64,000 bases of DNA from the human T2T-CHM13v2.0 reference genome, Homo sapiens: the NCBI RefSeq assembly GCF_009914755.1, contig NC_060931.1; one strand, given 5' to 3'. The stretch's first letter is position 1; each line of letters starts with the position of its first letter. Below are positions 25,732-44,529 of the stretch, one piece after another. Position numbers and translations under genes: made by a program. The notes beneath the pieces are model-generated. The model ran no database searches. It saw only the letters and a program-made list of their open reading frames with translations, and had not been told where the DNA came from.

Positions 25732-26819
25732 TAGCAAATTCTTAGTCTTGATTGTATTGGTCTTTAAACTATACCTGATTATGGTATACTTTATACCATA
25801 TAAAGTTCAGTTTTTACTTTAGACTTCTGTGATTCAAGGCAGTAAGATTTATTTATATTTAAGGAATCTTTGTTTTACTTGTGGTTGGTACTATGTTTGT
25901 GCATGTGTACTTAGAAGAGGTACAACTTGAAATAAAGTTGTCTTCTGGGAGTTAAATTATAAACTTGTGAATCAAAACAGAGCTATTCAGAATCATCAGA
26001 AAGAAGAACAACTCTATGGACAGAGCAAGATGTGACTATTACCCTGTTAAAGTAAACATGTTTGAAGAAAGATTGAGCCAGTTGGAAGGCAATTTGTTCT
26101 GTAATAAAAATGATGAAAAAAGCTGCCAATTGCTACACTGTCTGTGGGAGAATCTATTTTGTCAGGCTCACACAAATATTGCAGGTGATTGTATCAGGCT
26201 GTCAGCACCTTGATTCCAGTTTGCATATACAGCCTGCTAATCATCTGGGTTCCTGTCTAACATGTTTGCAGGAAAGAGCATATTTTTTCCCACTGTAGAT
26301 ATAATCTGGTCTTCCAGGGAGTTGAGGTACTATTATAAGTTATAAGCCTATCTTCTGCCTTATATACTACATTTTCTTGGTTTTAAGATTCTCCCCTCAA
26401 AACACATTTTAATCTTTCTGAATTCAGGATGCTTTCTGAAATTGGCATTTTTTTTTAACTGAAGTTAAAAAAAAAAAGAAAACTTGCCAGCTACTAAGCA
26501 GAATTTTAAATAAGAAAGTCTAAGTTATCGCTGCTTGAGCATGTGTGAACTTCGCCTTCTGTGGCAGGTTTCTGTTCTCTGATTTGACGTCTCTGTTCAT
26601 TTATGTACATTGGTGGTTTCTGTGGTTGAGTTTTAACTTAAATGTGGATCCCTAATTGTAGTCTTAAGTAACTTGATACAGCTTACATTGTAAGGCAGAA
26701 TTGAAGAGCTATTTTTGATACTACAAACTGACTGTTCTCCATGGAGTGATGTTAAAGGCAATGGGAAATGTCAAATCTCTTCTACTGCCTTACAGAAATC
26801 TCAAAGTTGGTGATATCCC

Positions 26820-27500
26820 AGAAGAGCCTGGCAGAAACAAATCCAAAACTGTTCATAAACCCATACAGGATTCCTGTACTAACATACAGTCTCTATTAAC
26901 GGTGAACTTGTGATGAAAAATGACAAATAAGGAGTGAGAGTAAGCAGATATGAGAATTATTACCCCTAAGAACTTTTAAAATTAACAGCTTTATTTTCAA
27001 ATAGTTAAAATTATAAACAGATGAATAGGAAATATGGGAAAAAATAAGACACTGTAAATAAAGAACAGAAAGTTTTGAAAAATATTCAGATTTAACTAGA
27101 CATTAATCACTGAAATTAGAGTCTGGCTGAATAGATAGGTTAAGTGGCAGATTAGATAGAGCTGCAAGGAGAATTAGTCAAGTATAAGGTAGTTCTGAGG
27201 AAATTACACAGAGTGTAACAGAGAGAGAAGCATGGAAAATATGAGAGAGTACCTGGCATGGAGCCTGGAATGAGAGCATACACCATACATATAAAAATCG
27301 CAGAAAAAGAGATGGAATTGTGGAGAGGCAGTATTTGAAGGGAAATGCTGGAGAACCTTATAGAATTGCTGAAAGCTAGAAATTCTCAGATTGAAAGAGC
27401 GCAGTGATCTTAACTGCCATAAATAAAAATAAATCCATATCTAGAGACACTATAAACCACAAATACCAAACAAAAAGAGAAAAATGTTATTGTAACCCAA
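26820..27500 (+). mobile_element. Ancient L1M 5'/ORF1-region fragment
   Basis: A-rich degenerate ORF1-like sequence (gaggaaattacacagagtgtaacagagagag..gcagtatttgaag). Confidence 0.5.
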
Positions 27501-28673
27501 AAAATAATATTTTACCGTGTTCCATTTGTGTTAACATTTCTAAAATGCTTCTTGTTTTATGGAGTAATTTGAAATTTAGCAGATGTTTACTTTATAAAGA
27601 TAATGGATCAGAAATGGTCATATAAGAAATTTGACAGTAGTTACAGTCTCATCCAGTTACCAAAATTGTAAGCCCATTTTATAAGGCACTAAATTCAGTT
27701 TTACTTCCCTTCTGTAAATACACATAGCTGCCCAAAAGTAGCACCAATTTGTGTTTAAATTGTTACAAAGTATAGCAGTACTTTGTACACACTTTAAATT
27801 CAGCTTGTTGAGTCCAGATTCTAATTCTGTCACTTAATAGGAGTGTAATCTTAGTCTTGGTTTTCTCTCTTGTAAAAAAATGAGACTAGAAATAGTACCT
27901 GTCTTCATAGAGTTACTGTGAAAATCAAATGAGAAATCACGCATAGTTCTTCACAGAAGAACTTCACAGGTAATGAGTGCTAAGTTAACAAGACCTGTTG
28001 CTATTACTAAGAAATATTACTCTTGACTTTGAGAGGTAAACATGCTGTAGATGCCCTGTTACCTTTTAAAAAAAAATTTCGGTTGAGGAGGTGGGGTACA
28101 TGTGCAGGTTTATTACATTGATCTATTGTGTAATGCTGGGATTTGGGCTTCTAGTAAACCCATTCCCCAAGTAGCAAACATAGTACCTAATAGGTAGTTT
28201 TTCAACCCTTGTCCCCCTCCCTCTCTTCCCACTTTTGGAGTTCCCTGTGTCTGTTGTTTCTATCTTTATGTCTGTGTGTACCCATTGTTTAGCTCACATT
28301 TATAAGTGAGAACATGGCTGTATTTGATTTTCTGTTTCTGCGTTAATTTACTTAGTATAATGGCCTCTAGCTGCATCCATATTGCTGCAAATGATATTGT
28401 TTCATTCTTTTTTTATGGCTGTGTAGTATTCCATGGTGTATATGTACCACTTTTTCTTTATCCAGTCCACCATTGATGGGCACTTAGGTTGATTCCATGA
28501 CTTTGCTGTTGTGAATAGTGCTGCAGTAAACATACGAGTGCAGGTGTCTTTTTGGTTGAATGATTTCTTTTCCTTTGGGTAGATACCCAATAGTAGGATT
28601 GATTGCTGGGTTGAATGGTAGTACTGGTTTTAGTTTTTTGAGAGATCTTCATACTGCTTTCCACAGGGGCTGA

Positions 28674-29364
<691 letters not shown>

Positions 29365-32011
29365 CATATTTTGACTTTTTAATAGTAGTCATTCTGACTT
29401 GCGTGAGGTGGTATCTCATTGTGGTTTTGATTTGGATTTATCTGATGATTAGTGGTGATAAACATTTTTTCATATGTTTGTTGGCTGCTTGTATGTCATC
29501 TTTTGAGAAGTATCTGTTCATGCCTTTGCCCACTTCTTAAGGGGGTTGGTTTTGCTTGTTGATTCAAGTTCCTTATAGATTCAGGATATTAGTCCTTTGT
29601 CGATGCACAGCTTGCAAATATTTTCTCCCATTCTGTAGGTGGTCTTTTTACTCTGTTGGAATTCCTTTTGCTGTGAAGAAGCTCTTCAGTTTAATTAAGT
29701 CCCAAATGTCAATTTTATTTTTGTTGCGTTTGCCTTTGATGTCTTACTATAAGTTTTTTTTGTCTAGGCCAGTGTCCAGAAGAGTTTTTCCTAGTTTTTT
29801 TCCTAGGATTTTTATAGTTTGAAGTCTGACATGGAAGTCTTTAGTTCATCTTGCGTGAATTTTGTTATATAATAAAAGGTAGGGGTTCAGTTTCATTCTT
29901 CTGCATATGGCTAGGCAGTTTTTCCAGCACCCTTTATTGAACAGGGTGTCCTTTCCCTGTTGTTTATTTTTGTTGACTTTGTGGAAGATCAGTTGGTTAT
30001 AAGTATGTGGCTTTATTTCAGAGGTCTCTAGTCTTTTCCATTGGTCTTTGTGTCTATTTTTGTACCAGCACCATGATGTTTCGGTTCCTATAGCCTTGTA
30101 GTATAGTTTGAAGTCAGGTAATGTGATGCCTCTGGCATTGTTCTCTTTGCTTAGGTTTGCTTTGGCTATTTCTTTTGGTTCCATATGAATTTGAGAATGG
30201 ATTTTTTGGATTCTGTGAAAAATGACAGTACTTTGATAGAATTGCATTGAATGTGTAGATTGCTTTGGGAGAGGACTCTATTATCTAACATGCTAACAAA
30301 TCTAAAATTTTTCTTTCGATATTTTATTTAAAAATCTGATAGTTATTTAATTCCAAGTTAGAAGTCTATAAGTCTTGCATGACAGTATGAATCCTATAAT
30401 ATGTAAGGGTGTAGGGAGTGGGAGGTTAATTAGAAAACTACTGCTATCATATGTGGCAACTTAAAGCTACAGTTTAATGGAAAAATATATAATATTTCTA
30501 CTTTTTATAAGCAATGTGGTGGCCTACACAGCTGACATACAAAGTTTAGATTTGATAACAGACAGATTGCTTACTAGGATTGTAGCAGAAATTAATCTTT
30601 TTAGAAGCATAGAACCTTTTATAGTCTGTATAGAAATAGAAATGCTATAAAAGTACATGGATAAATGTATTTATGTTGAGGTACTTTTTTTTTCTTTATG
30701 GGTTATTTTAAAAGAAATGCATAGAAGAGAAAATAAAAATAATTAGTTTGATGAGAAGGAAGTCCTGATCAATCTAGAAAGCCTGAAGTAGGATTGAGGT
30801 TCTATTTCTGATTTCATTAATAACGTTTGAGGACTATGACATCTGTTTTCTTTATTTACTGATTCTTAATTTACCTCATCATTTCATAAATCTTTATATT
30901 AGCCCTGCCTTTTGGGAGGGTTCTCGTTTTCCTTCTGTCACTTTCATAAGGTTGACTTTTGTATCATTCCAACATTCCAAGAACCCTTTCTTGAGTTTAA
31001 AAGGAAAGAAGAGAGAAAACAGTACAAGAGACCAAGTGAAACAGCATAGCTGTCCTCAAACTTTAAAAGCTTTTATTCTCCTGGTCATAGTTTTTATTTT
31101 CGTTAAGATGTGGTATTGGTGAAATCTGATTTTAAAGGAATAAAATACTTTCTCAAATTTATCTCATTTTTGTGTTTCCTTTATTAAGGAGCATAGCTAT
31201 GACTCAGCCCACATCTGTCCGCAGTTTTACCCTTTTACAAAATTATTATATACATATATATATACGTATTCATATGTATACATACAGTAAAAATAAATTA
31301 GTTCTTCATTCTTGAAAGGATGAAGAAGATTTGAGAGAAAGGGAGGCCACGTTTAGAGATAACTAGGCAGGGTGTGGTTGGGGGCAAGAGAGAATGCTAA
31401 AGGAAAATTGAAGGCAGAAAGATAAATTATAGCTGTGTGATGAAATTCTTTTATGAACTATTTGGAACTTGGAATATTTATCTTATATTAGTATGCAAAA
31501 GTATTTGTAAGGAAAAGAATTTGTTTAAAGACTAGTTCGGAGATTGGTTCATTACTTTCCATGTTCAGGGTGTAGGTGATGTGTTGGAAGGGGGGAAAGA
31601 GGCAAATGTCAGAGGCATCATAAAGAGTGAGCTGTGTTTAGTGAGTGCTGGAAACGACTTGAAGGTTAGCAGTGGAGTGACTCAATTCAGGGGTAAAGAG
31701 ATTTTGAGAGTACCTAGCTGCTGTAAACCATATGCCAGAGGTGTTGATCTTGGCAAATGTGAAAATTATAAAATATGATTATGATTTTTCTAAAGAAAGG
31801 AGTAAAGATATTACAAAGGATGCTTGAATATTTTGTTGAGTTCAGCAAACATTTTAGAGAAGATTGGTAAAGAAATGGCTTGTGAATATTTTTCCAATGA
31901 CTACATATTACTTGTATAAAACTTTTAAAAGTGCTCCCCCTCCCACCTTAAGTAAACATTGCCCTGATTATCCGTAGCACTGCCTTGGATTTGCCTCAGA
32001 AGTGGCCATAA

Positions 32012-32094
32012 GTATCTTCTCAGCCACTGAGTAGTTTGGTATCTTCTCAGCCACTGAGTAGTTTGGTATCTTCTCAGCCACTGAGTAGTTTGGT
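32012..32094. repeat. Minisatellite: 3 perfect copies of GTATCTTCTCAGCCACTGAGTAGTTTG (27 bp)
   Basis: Copies start at 32012, 32039 and 32066. Confidence 0.97.
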
Positions 32095-32993
32095 TTCAGG
32101 GAGGGCAATATTAACACAGTGGCTCCGTCTTGGGGGGAACTATATTTAATTCTTAATATTTTAAGTATTTTAAGGTAACATGAAAATAATAAAGGAAAAT
32201 AATGAAAGTATTAATAATGAAAGTATTGTAGGCATAGAGATGTTTTTCTTATAGCTTTAGTTATCTGAGATTTTAATTTTTTTGTTAATTTCTAGGTAGT
32301 TTCTCATTTAATTTTTAACTTTTTCTTTGATTCAGAGATTATGTAGAAAAGATACATTATAATGCAGAGAAAATTTAGGGGAGCAGGAAGATGTGTAGTG
32401 GGAAGTCATTTTGATCTCGATATTAGAGAAAGCTGTCCATACTTCTCTATATTTTAAAAATGTTTTGATGTTTTCTGTGTGGCCAAGTACATCATTGAGT
32501 TCTGGAAATTGTGAATATAAGAGAAGCATATATATTTTCTTCTGTAGAGTGTAAAATCTGCATTTTTCTGACACATACATGGACATGTATGTGTGTATAT
32601 ATGTATGTATTAGAAAACATGCGTGTATGTGGGTGTAATTCCCATAAATTGAATTTGGTTGTATTATTGAAATATTTTGTATCCTTTATTCTGTTTGATC
32701 TACATAGTCTGACAAATTTAAAAAGTTTATTAAAGCATCCCTACTGTGGCTGTGGTTTTATCAATTTTTTCTCATTTTTAAAGTCTCTTACTTGTTTTGG
32801 TAATATTTGCCTTGCAGCAGTGTTTTCTGGTTTTATGTATTTCATAACTATGTTGTTTGCACAGATATTTATGACTTATGTTCTTTTCGGATTGAATCTT
32901 TTTATGTTATAAAGTATTCATCTCTATCCCATGTAAGGCTTTTAGCCTTATATTCACTTTATCTAATTTTTTTTTCTTATGCTTGTTAGTAAC

Positions 32994-33392
32994 TGTGAAG
33001 GGTCTGAGATTATAGCCACTTGCCAGCCAGCAAGTTAGCCTGGCTACATTTTTTTGGATTCCTACAGAATATATGAGACTCCTTAATCAAAATCACAGAA
33101 CTTTATTACTCATAGCAATAGCCAGAATATTAGCATTTTTTTGTATCAGTTCCTTAAGGCCCAAGAGGGCCAGGTGACATCTCCATACTCAGTGAGTTGC
33201 ATTGTGGAAGAGGGAACCCCTGAGATTTGGGAAACTAGATCTTTTATCTTGGGAAGTAGGCATGTCTGTTCTTTTCTCTGGAGTTGACATTGTCTCTGTT
33301 TTCCAGGGCTATTCGTTCGTACAAACATGTTTGAAAATATAGTCTAAAACCTGCAGAAACATGAGACACCCATGGAGAATTGTCTTCCCCAA
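32994..33392 (-). mobile_element. Solo ERVL LTR (LTR40-like)
   Basis: tgtgaagggtctgagatt..caagttagcctg.. and ..cccatggagaattgtcttcccca match recalled LTR40 termini; antisense poly(A) signal tttatt near 33102. Confidence 0.7.
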
Positions 33393-33973
33393 TTTTTTTA
33401 TTTGCATTTGCTTGCTATCTTTGCTTCTTTATTATAAATAAATTAATAAAATAATTAATTTTCTCTATTTTAAATTAATTTAAATTTTATTTTTGAACAG
33501 GTAATATGTTTGCATGGTTCCTATGCAAAGAGATACAAAGTATGCCCAGTGAAAACTCTCCCTCTCACCTGAATCACCTTAACAGAGAGGTAGCCAGTAC
33601 TACCAGTTTCTTGTGATCTTCCAGAGATATTTAATGTATATGCAAAGATACATATATTCTTCCCACAGTACACTTTACACTGTGATACCCTGCTGTACAC
33701 AATTCTGAACATTTGTAATATGTGCTAGCGGTTATTCCAGACGACCTTCATCATTCTTTACAATTGCCTTATATTTCATAGGTGGATAAACTGCAATATA
33801 TTAACCAGTCTTGTGTCCATAGATGGATATTTAAACTGTTCCTGGTATTTTGTGTGTGTATGAGTATGTCTGTGGATTGTAATCCTTGAAGCCTTCCTTA
33901 TTAATCAGGGATTATGTACATTTCTATTTTTGGTAATTATTTGCCAGATTCCTGTCCAAAGATGCTGTGCCCA

Positions 33974-38298
<4,325 letters not shown>

Positions 38299-38756
38299 AT
38301 CATTTTTCTGTTTTCTAATTCATTAATTTAGACTTTTGTTTATATTATTTATTGTGCTTTCCTTAGGTATGCGTTTTCTGAGTTTATTGTGTTGGGGGTA
38401 TTAATTTTTCTTTCTTGTTTTTCAGCAGAAGTATACAAGCCTATGAATTTTTCTCTGAAGATGTTTTAGCTCTGTTTCAAAGGTTCCGATAAGTAGTGGT
38501 TTTTTTTAGATGAGGTACTTTGTATTTTGGGGGTGTCTTTTTTAACTCAAAAGTTATTTGAGAGTATCTTTATCCAAGTGTAGAGGACTTTTTTCCCCCT
38601 GGTTTTGCTATTTGTTTCCTAGTTTTGCCGCATTGTGATCAGAGGATGTTGTCTGTACTAGTTTTATATTTTCAAAATTTATTACTGTTTTCTTTGTGGT
38701 TTAATGTAAGGTCACTTTTGGCGAATGTTTCCTATTCATGTGTAATTTAAAAGGTC

Positions 38757-39037
<281 letters not shown>

Positions 39038-39585
39038 TTAATGCTACTGCACTTCATCCTAGATGACAGAGACCCTGTTTCAAAAAAAGGTCTTTAATAT
39101 TCATCTTTTTTTAAATTCACTTGATCGTCATGGACTAAGGTGAATTAAGGTGTGCTACTACTCATGTTTCTGTTTTTCTCTATATTGCATATTTTTTTTC
39201 CTTTACAAATGTTGCTGCTGTTATATGGGTATAAACATAACTATTATAACTTGGGTGCAAATTGCATTTTTTAATATTATAAAAGCTCCTCTGTCTCCTT
39301 TAATGTTTATGCCTTATGTTCAACCTTGTCAATAGTAAGATTGTAATTCATTCTTTCTTTTAGTTTGTATTTGCCTGATAAGTTTTTTTTTTCATTTTCA
39401 TTTCCTGAATATTTTTTGTTTCTTATATGCTTTTTGTATACACAGTACAGGGTTAGATTTTGTTTGCAATCCAATCTAATCTTTGTTTTTTGTTTGTTTG
39501 TTTTTGTTGGTTTAGCCCATTTATATTTCTTAATATGGTCAGTGCTAATTCTGTCATTATACTTTCTGGTTTCATGACTTTTTAA

Positions 39586-39999
<414 letters not shown>

Positions 40000-41865
40000 A
40001 ATTGTATTTCTTATAACTGTATTTCTGTGTTTAGTGATTACTTTTATAATTTTATAGAATACCTCTTATTTTTAGATACTGTTTTTTTCTATGAGCAATA
40101 ATGAAATTAGTGTATTTCCTATTTTTCTCCTTCCTTCCCGTGTTCTAATTTTAGTTGTTACATTACCTAATGTTTGCTTTTATACTATTAAGTTTTTTTT
40201 GTACTTCTCTTTGCTTTGTTAGCTTTAAATAATACTTTTTGACACCTAGTTATTTATATCATCTTCCCCCCATCCATCCTCACCTCTTTTAATTTTTGCT
40301 AGGTAGATACTTTATACATTATCTAATCAATGTTCCCACTTTTGTTTTAATCTTACCATTACGTAGATTCAGCTGCCACTGCTAATCCTTTTGCTTTAGT
40401 TTTTTCAGATGTCTCTTGGCTAGCTGAAGTTCATCCTCATAGAAATCCTTTCACATGGGCTCATGGGAAATAATTACCTAGATTTCTTGCATGTTTAACA
40501 CAGACTGCTTATCTATGTGTCTTTTTGTTTTTTGAATAACAGTTTAACTGGGTATGAAATCTTTGGGTTATACCTTCTCTACTTGAGGACATTTTAAGCA
40601 TTCTTCTGGTCTTACAAGTATAATAATGTGTTTCTGTGGAGAAGTCTGAAACCACCTGATTTGTCCTCCTTTTAAAATTGACTTAGTCTTTTTGCCAGAA
40701 TGCCCAAAGAACTCTTTTTTATGACCGGTATCAACTAGGGTTGAAATTGTGTTGATTTTTTCTGGGTCAGTTTTTAGGACTTGGTGTGCCCTTTCAATAT
40801 GTAGATCTAGATCTACTTTTATTTCTGTAATGTTTTCTTGAATATTATTTTTGACTACAGATAGGCATTACTGCATTTCCTTTTCTCGTTCTCTGTAGAG
40901 AACATTTTTTTCCCTCTAATTCTTAACTCTTCATTTTCTATTTATTTTTCTCATTTCTACCCCTTGATGTTCCTGTGATTTCTTCTAGTGCTTCTTCTAG
41001 TTTTACCTTCATTTTTGTAATAGCTTTTTTTTCCCCTTCCCTTCAGGTTTCATCCTCATTTGTGATCTCATCCTTGTATGTGCTTTTGGACAGTTGCTTC
41101 CTTATTTTCTTTAGTATTCATGGTAAATATGTTGATTTATTGAGGCTAGATAGTGGATATATAGTGTTCTGTTATACCATTCAGAACCTACACATTTGTA
41201 TTTTAACTAGTAAATTTGGTGGTGGTCCTTCTCTTTTTTTTTTAAATTATTTATTATTTACTTTGTTCTTCCTAGCCTTTTCTGGATCAAGTTGCTTTCC
41301 TTTCCTCCAGATTAATTTAGAACTTCTATTATGCACCTTTTTGTTCTTTTAGTGGTTACCTTACTTTAGTGTATATCATTAAACATGGTTATTTTATTCT
41401 GTCAGAATGAGGGATTGTCTCTGAGTTCTTCCCCTGATACACTTGTTCACTTCCCCCACCCTCCACTGCCTCTCTCTTCAAGTCCTAGTTATTAGGAGAT
41501 AATTTAGACTTCACATTAAGTTTTTACTGGCAGAATATTGCTTTTGTTTCAAAAACCCATAGTTGCGTTACAGTTCCAGATACAGCATTATCTATTTAGA
41601 TTTAATTTCGCTTATACATGTTTTCTTGCTCTCTGCTGTTGTTTACACTCTTTATTTTTCTGTTACTGAGATCTTCATTCTTACTATAATTTTTGTTTGT
41701 TAGGAGCTCTTCCATGAGTAATTTTCGTTGGACAGTCTTAATGGGTAGTATAGTTTCTGAGCTATTAGACGCCCAAAATATTTTTTCATTTGCCTTTACA
41801 TATGAATGCTATCTTGGGTGTATATAGGATTTTTAATTTCAGTGTTTTTTTTTTTCTGTTAAGTC

Positions 41866-41868
<3 letters not shown>

Positions 41869-41903
<35 letters not shown>

Positions 41904-42186
41904 TGCGTGTGGTGGCATTTTGCTCTTGTTGCCCAGGCTGCAATGCAGTGGCACGATCTTGGCTCACTGCAACGTCTGCCTCCTAGGTTCAAGCAATTCT
42001 CCTGCCTCAGCCTCCTGAGTAGCTAGGATTACAAGTGCCTGCCACCACGCCTGGCTAATTTTTGTATTTTTAGTAGAGACAGCATTTCACCATGTTGGCC
42101 AGGCTGTTTTCCAACTCCTCAGGTGATCCGCCTGCCTCGGTCTCCCAAAGTGCTAGGATTATAGGCATGAGCCACTGTGCCTGGCC
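41869..42186 (-). mobile_element. Full-length AluS (Sq/Sp-like)
   Basis: Long poly-T, tgctcttgttgcccaggctg, both monomers. Confidence 0.93.
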
Positions 42187-43172
42187 AAAGTTATTCTACT
42201 TTTTAACTTGCAGTATTGTAGATAAGAAGTCTGGCTTTGTCTCACTATTTTTTTTTAATTTTAATAACCTAGTCTTTCCATTTGGAAGCTTACAACATAA
42301 TTTCTATTTTTGAAAGCCAGAATTTTTTTGTTTTTTCACCGTACTCCCATCTCTAATTAATCCTGCATCTATTTAAGTGTTTTTTCACTCTATTCCTATC
42401 TCTAATTCATCCTGCTTGAGACTTCATGAGCCCTTTCAGTCTAAAATCAAGTCTTATTTAGCCTAGGGATTACTTTCTTCTAGTATTTCTTTGATTGTTT
42501 TTTGTTTGTTCCTTTTATTCTTCCTGTGACTTCTGTAATTTTAATATTAGAGTTTTTAGATTTGTCTTCTTACAGTTTTATTAATGATTTTTGGTTTCTT
42601 TGGAGTTACTTACATGATATTTATTCTAGACTACTAATTTGTTATTTTCAGTGACTTTTTCACTGCCTCTGAAATATTAAATTGAAAAATTACGGGTTTT
42701 TTCATTCTAGGAATTTTTACTGGTAAAGTTGTCATCATTGTTGCCTCCTTCCTTCCTGTCTTCCCTCATTTATTCTGTCCCTATAGTAGGTGCCTATTTA
42801 AATTTTTTGGTGTGATTCCCCCTCATCCATTCCTGCATATACTTACATAGTTAATGATCTTTCTCAGTTATATAATGTTACGAGTTACAGAATCTCTCAT
42901 TACCTATGTCGGTCATACTGTTATCTTTTTTCTCAAATAGAAAAAAATAGAATGAAAGTTATTTCTCTTTTGTGAGCCTGTTGGTCAGTAGCCTGTCACA
43001 CGAAGAATTTTTGTTTGAATTTGGAAATTGTTCCTTGGAGCAGGGAGAGTTTTCATTTTCATCCCAACTCTGGCTTCTTTCTGGTGCTTTCAGTGTCAGT
43101 GAGAGCAGCCTTCCTCCCTGCTCTGTTAGATTCACTTAGGTACTGCTGACTGCTTGGGCAGTTTAAGGATTA

Positions 43173-43478
<306 letters not shown>

Positions 43479-43833
43479 TTACCTGAGGTTTCAGATGAAT
43501 CTAGATTTATATTCTCCAGGATCCAGCAATTAGTCACAGTTATTTTAGTAGTTTAGGAGCAAGGTAAAGGGGATCAAGAAAGATTTCTCAGTTGTTCATG
43601 TTGCATAAGTTCTAATTTAGCCAGAGCTGCTGGTTCTTAGATACTTGATTTTTCTAAATATGTTAGAATTTTATGTTTTGCCTTAATATCTCAGGAATGG
43701 ACATTTTAAATATTTTTCCTGTTCATACATACTTTTAATACTTCACCCACATATACTAATAAACATGCAAGCATTTATTGGTAAACTTGGCACATTTATA
43801 TATTCAGTACTTTTTGGTTGAGTGGCTGACACG

Positions 43834-43924
43834 CACTTCCTGTATAAAGAAGTCAATACACTTAAAAATGTTAAAAAAAAAAAAAAAAAAAAGATCTGAC
43901 TTCAGCTGAGTCACCAAAACCACA
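43834..43924. promoter_or_regulatory. Candidate intronic enhancer: ETS, E-box, AP-1/ARE and RUNX motifs
   Basis: CACTTCCTGT 43834-43843, CAGCTG 43903-43908, TGAGTCA 43907-43913, AACCACA 43918-43924. Motif evidence only. Confidence 0.4.
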
Positions 43925-44167
43925 AGCAGTCAAAGTGCTCAAGTCAGTGGCAACAACAACCCATTGCTTTGGGGCATTTTCTCTGTTCATTGGCTCTTCA
44001 CTTGTTGCTTGGTGTTTTCCTTAGTCTTCTGAGATCGGTTGCTTCATTAGTTGTTCAAAAAATATTTATTGAGCACTTAGAATGTGCAAAACACTATGCT
44101 GCATGCTGGGATAAGCTAAATCTACAAGGTCCCCTGCCCTCATAGAATTTACCCTGTTTCTTTAATA

Positions 44168-44529
44168 CAGAGGTGGCAAAGGATTGGCCACATCTGACTC
44201 ACAGCCATGTTTTATTTTGCTTACACAGCATCAGAAATGTTTTTTGAGCATTCACAAATGAGAATATTCATCTGAATACCTATATTTCCACCTGCTTTAA
44301 TATACATCTGGCCACCCTGGGCCTTTATTTTCCCATGGCATTCTACTCGTAAAAGCAGCTGCCCCTTTTTGATAGGACTACATGTACCGGTTTGCTTCCA
44401 TTCTCTAAAAATCCCTGAAACCAAGACCAAATTCAACAGGCATTTATTGTTACAATTGTACTATTCTTTTTTCTTATAAAATAGTTAAGATGAGCTGCAT
44501 CTTTAGGCATCTGAGTTTGTGACCCATGC
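44168..44529. mobile_element. hAT-Charlie fossil (MER102/MER58-like)
   Basis: Termini cagaggtggcaaa and tttgtgacccatg. Confidence 0.5.

Noticed and set aside
32012-32094. CRISPR-like array (27-bp palindromic direct repeats)
   Set aside because: The repeats are contiguous with no spacers, there are no cas genes, and the context is a mammalian intron. It is a minisatellite.
40975-41352. 125-aa hydrophobic, membrane-protein-like ORF
   Set aside because: T-rich antisense ancient L1 sequence yields Phe/Leu/Ser-rich frames; no splice or homology support.
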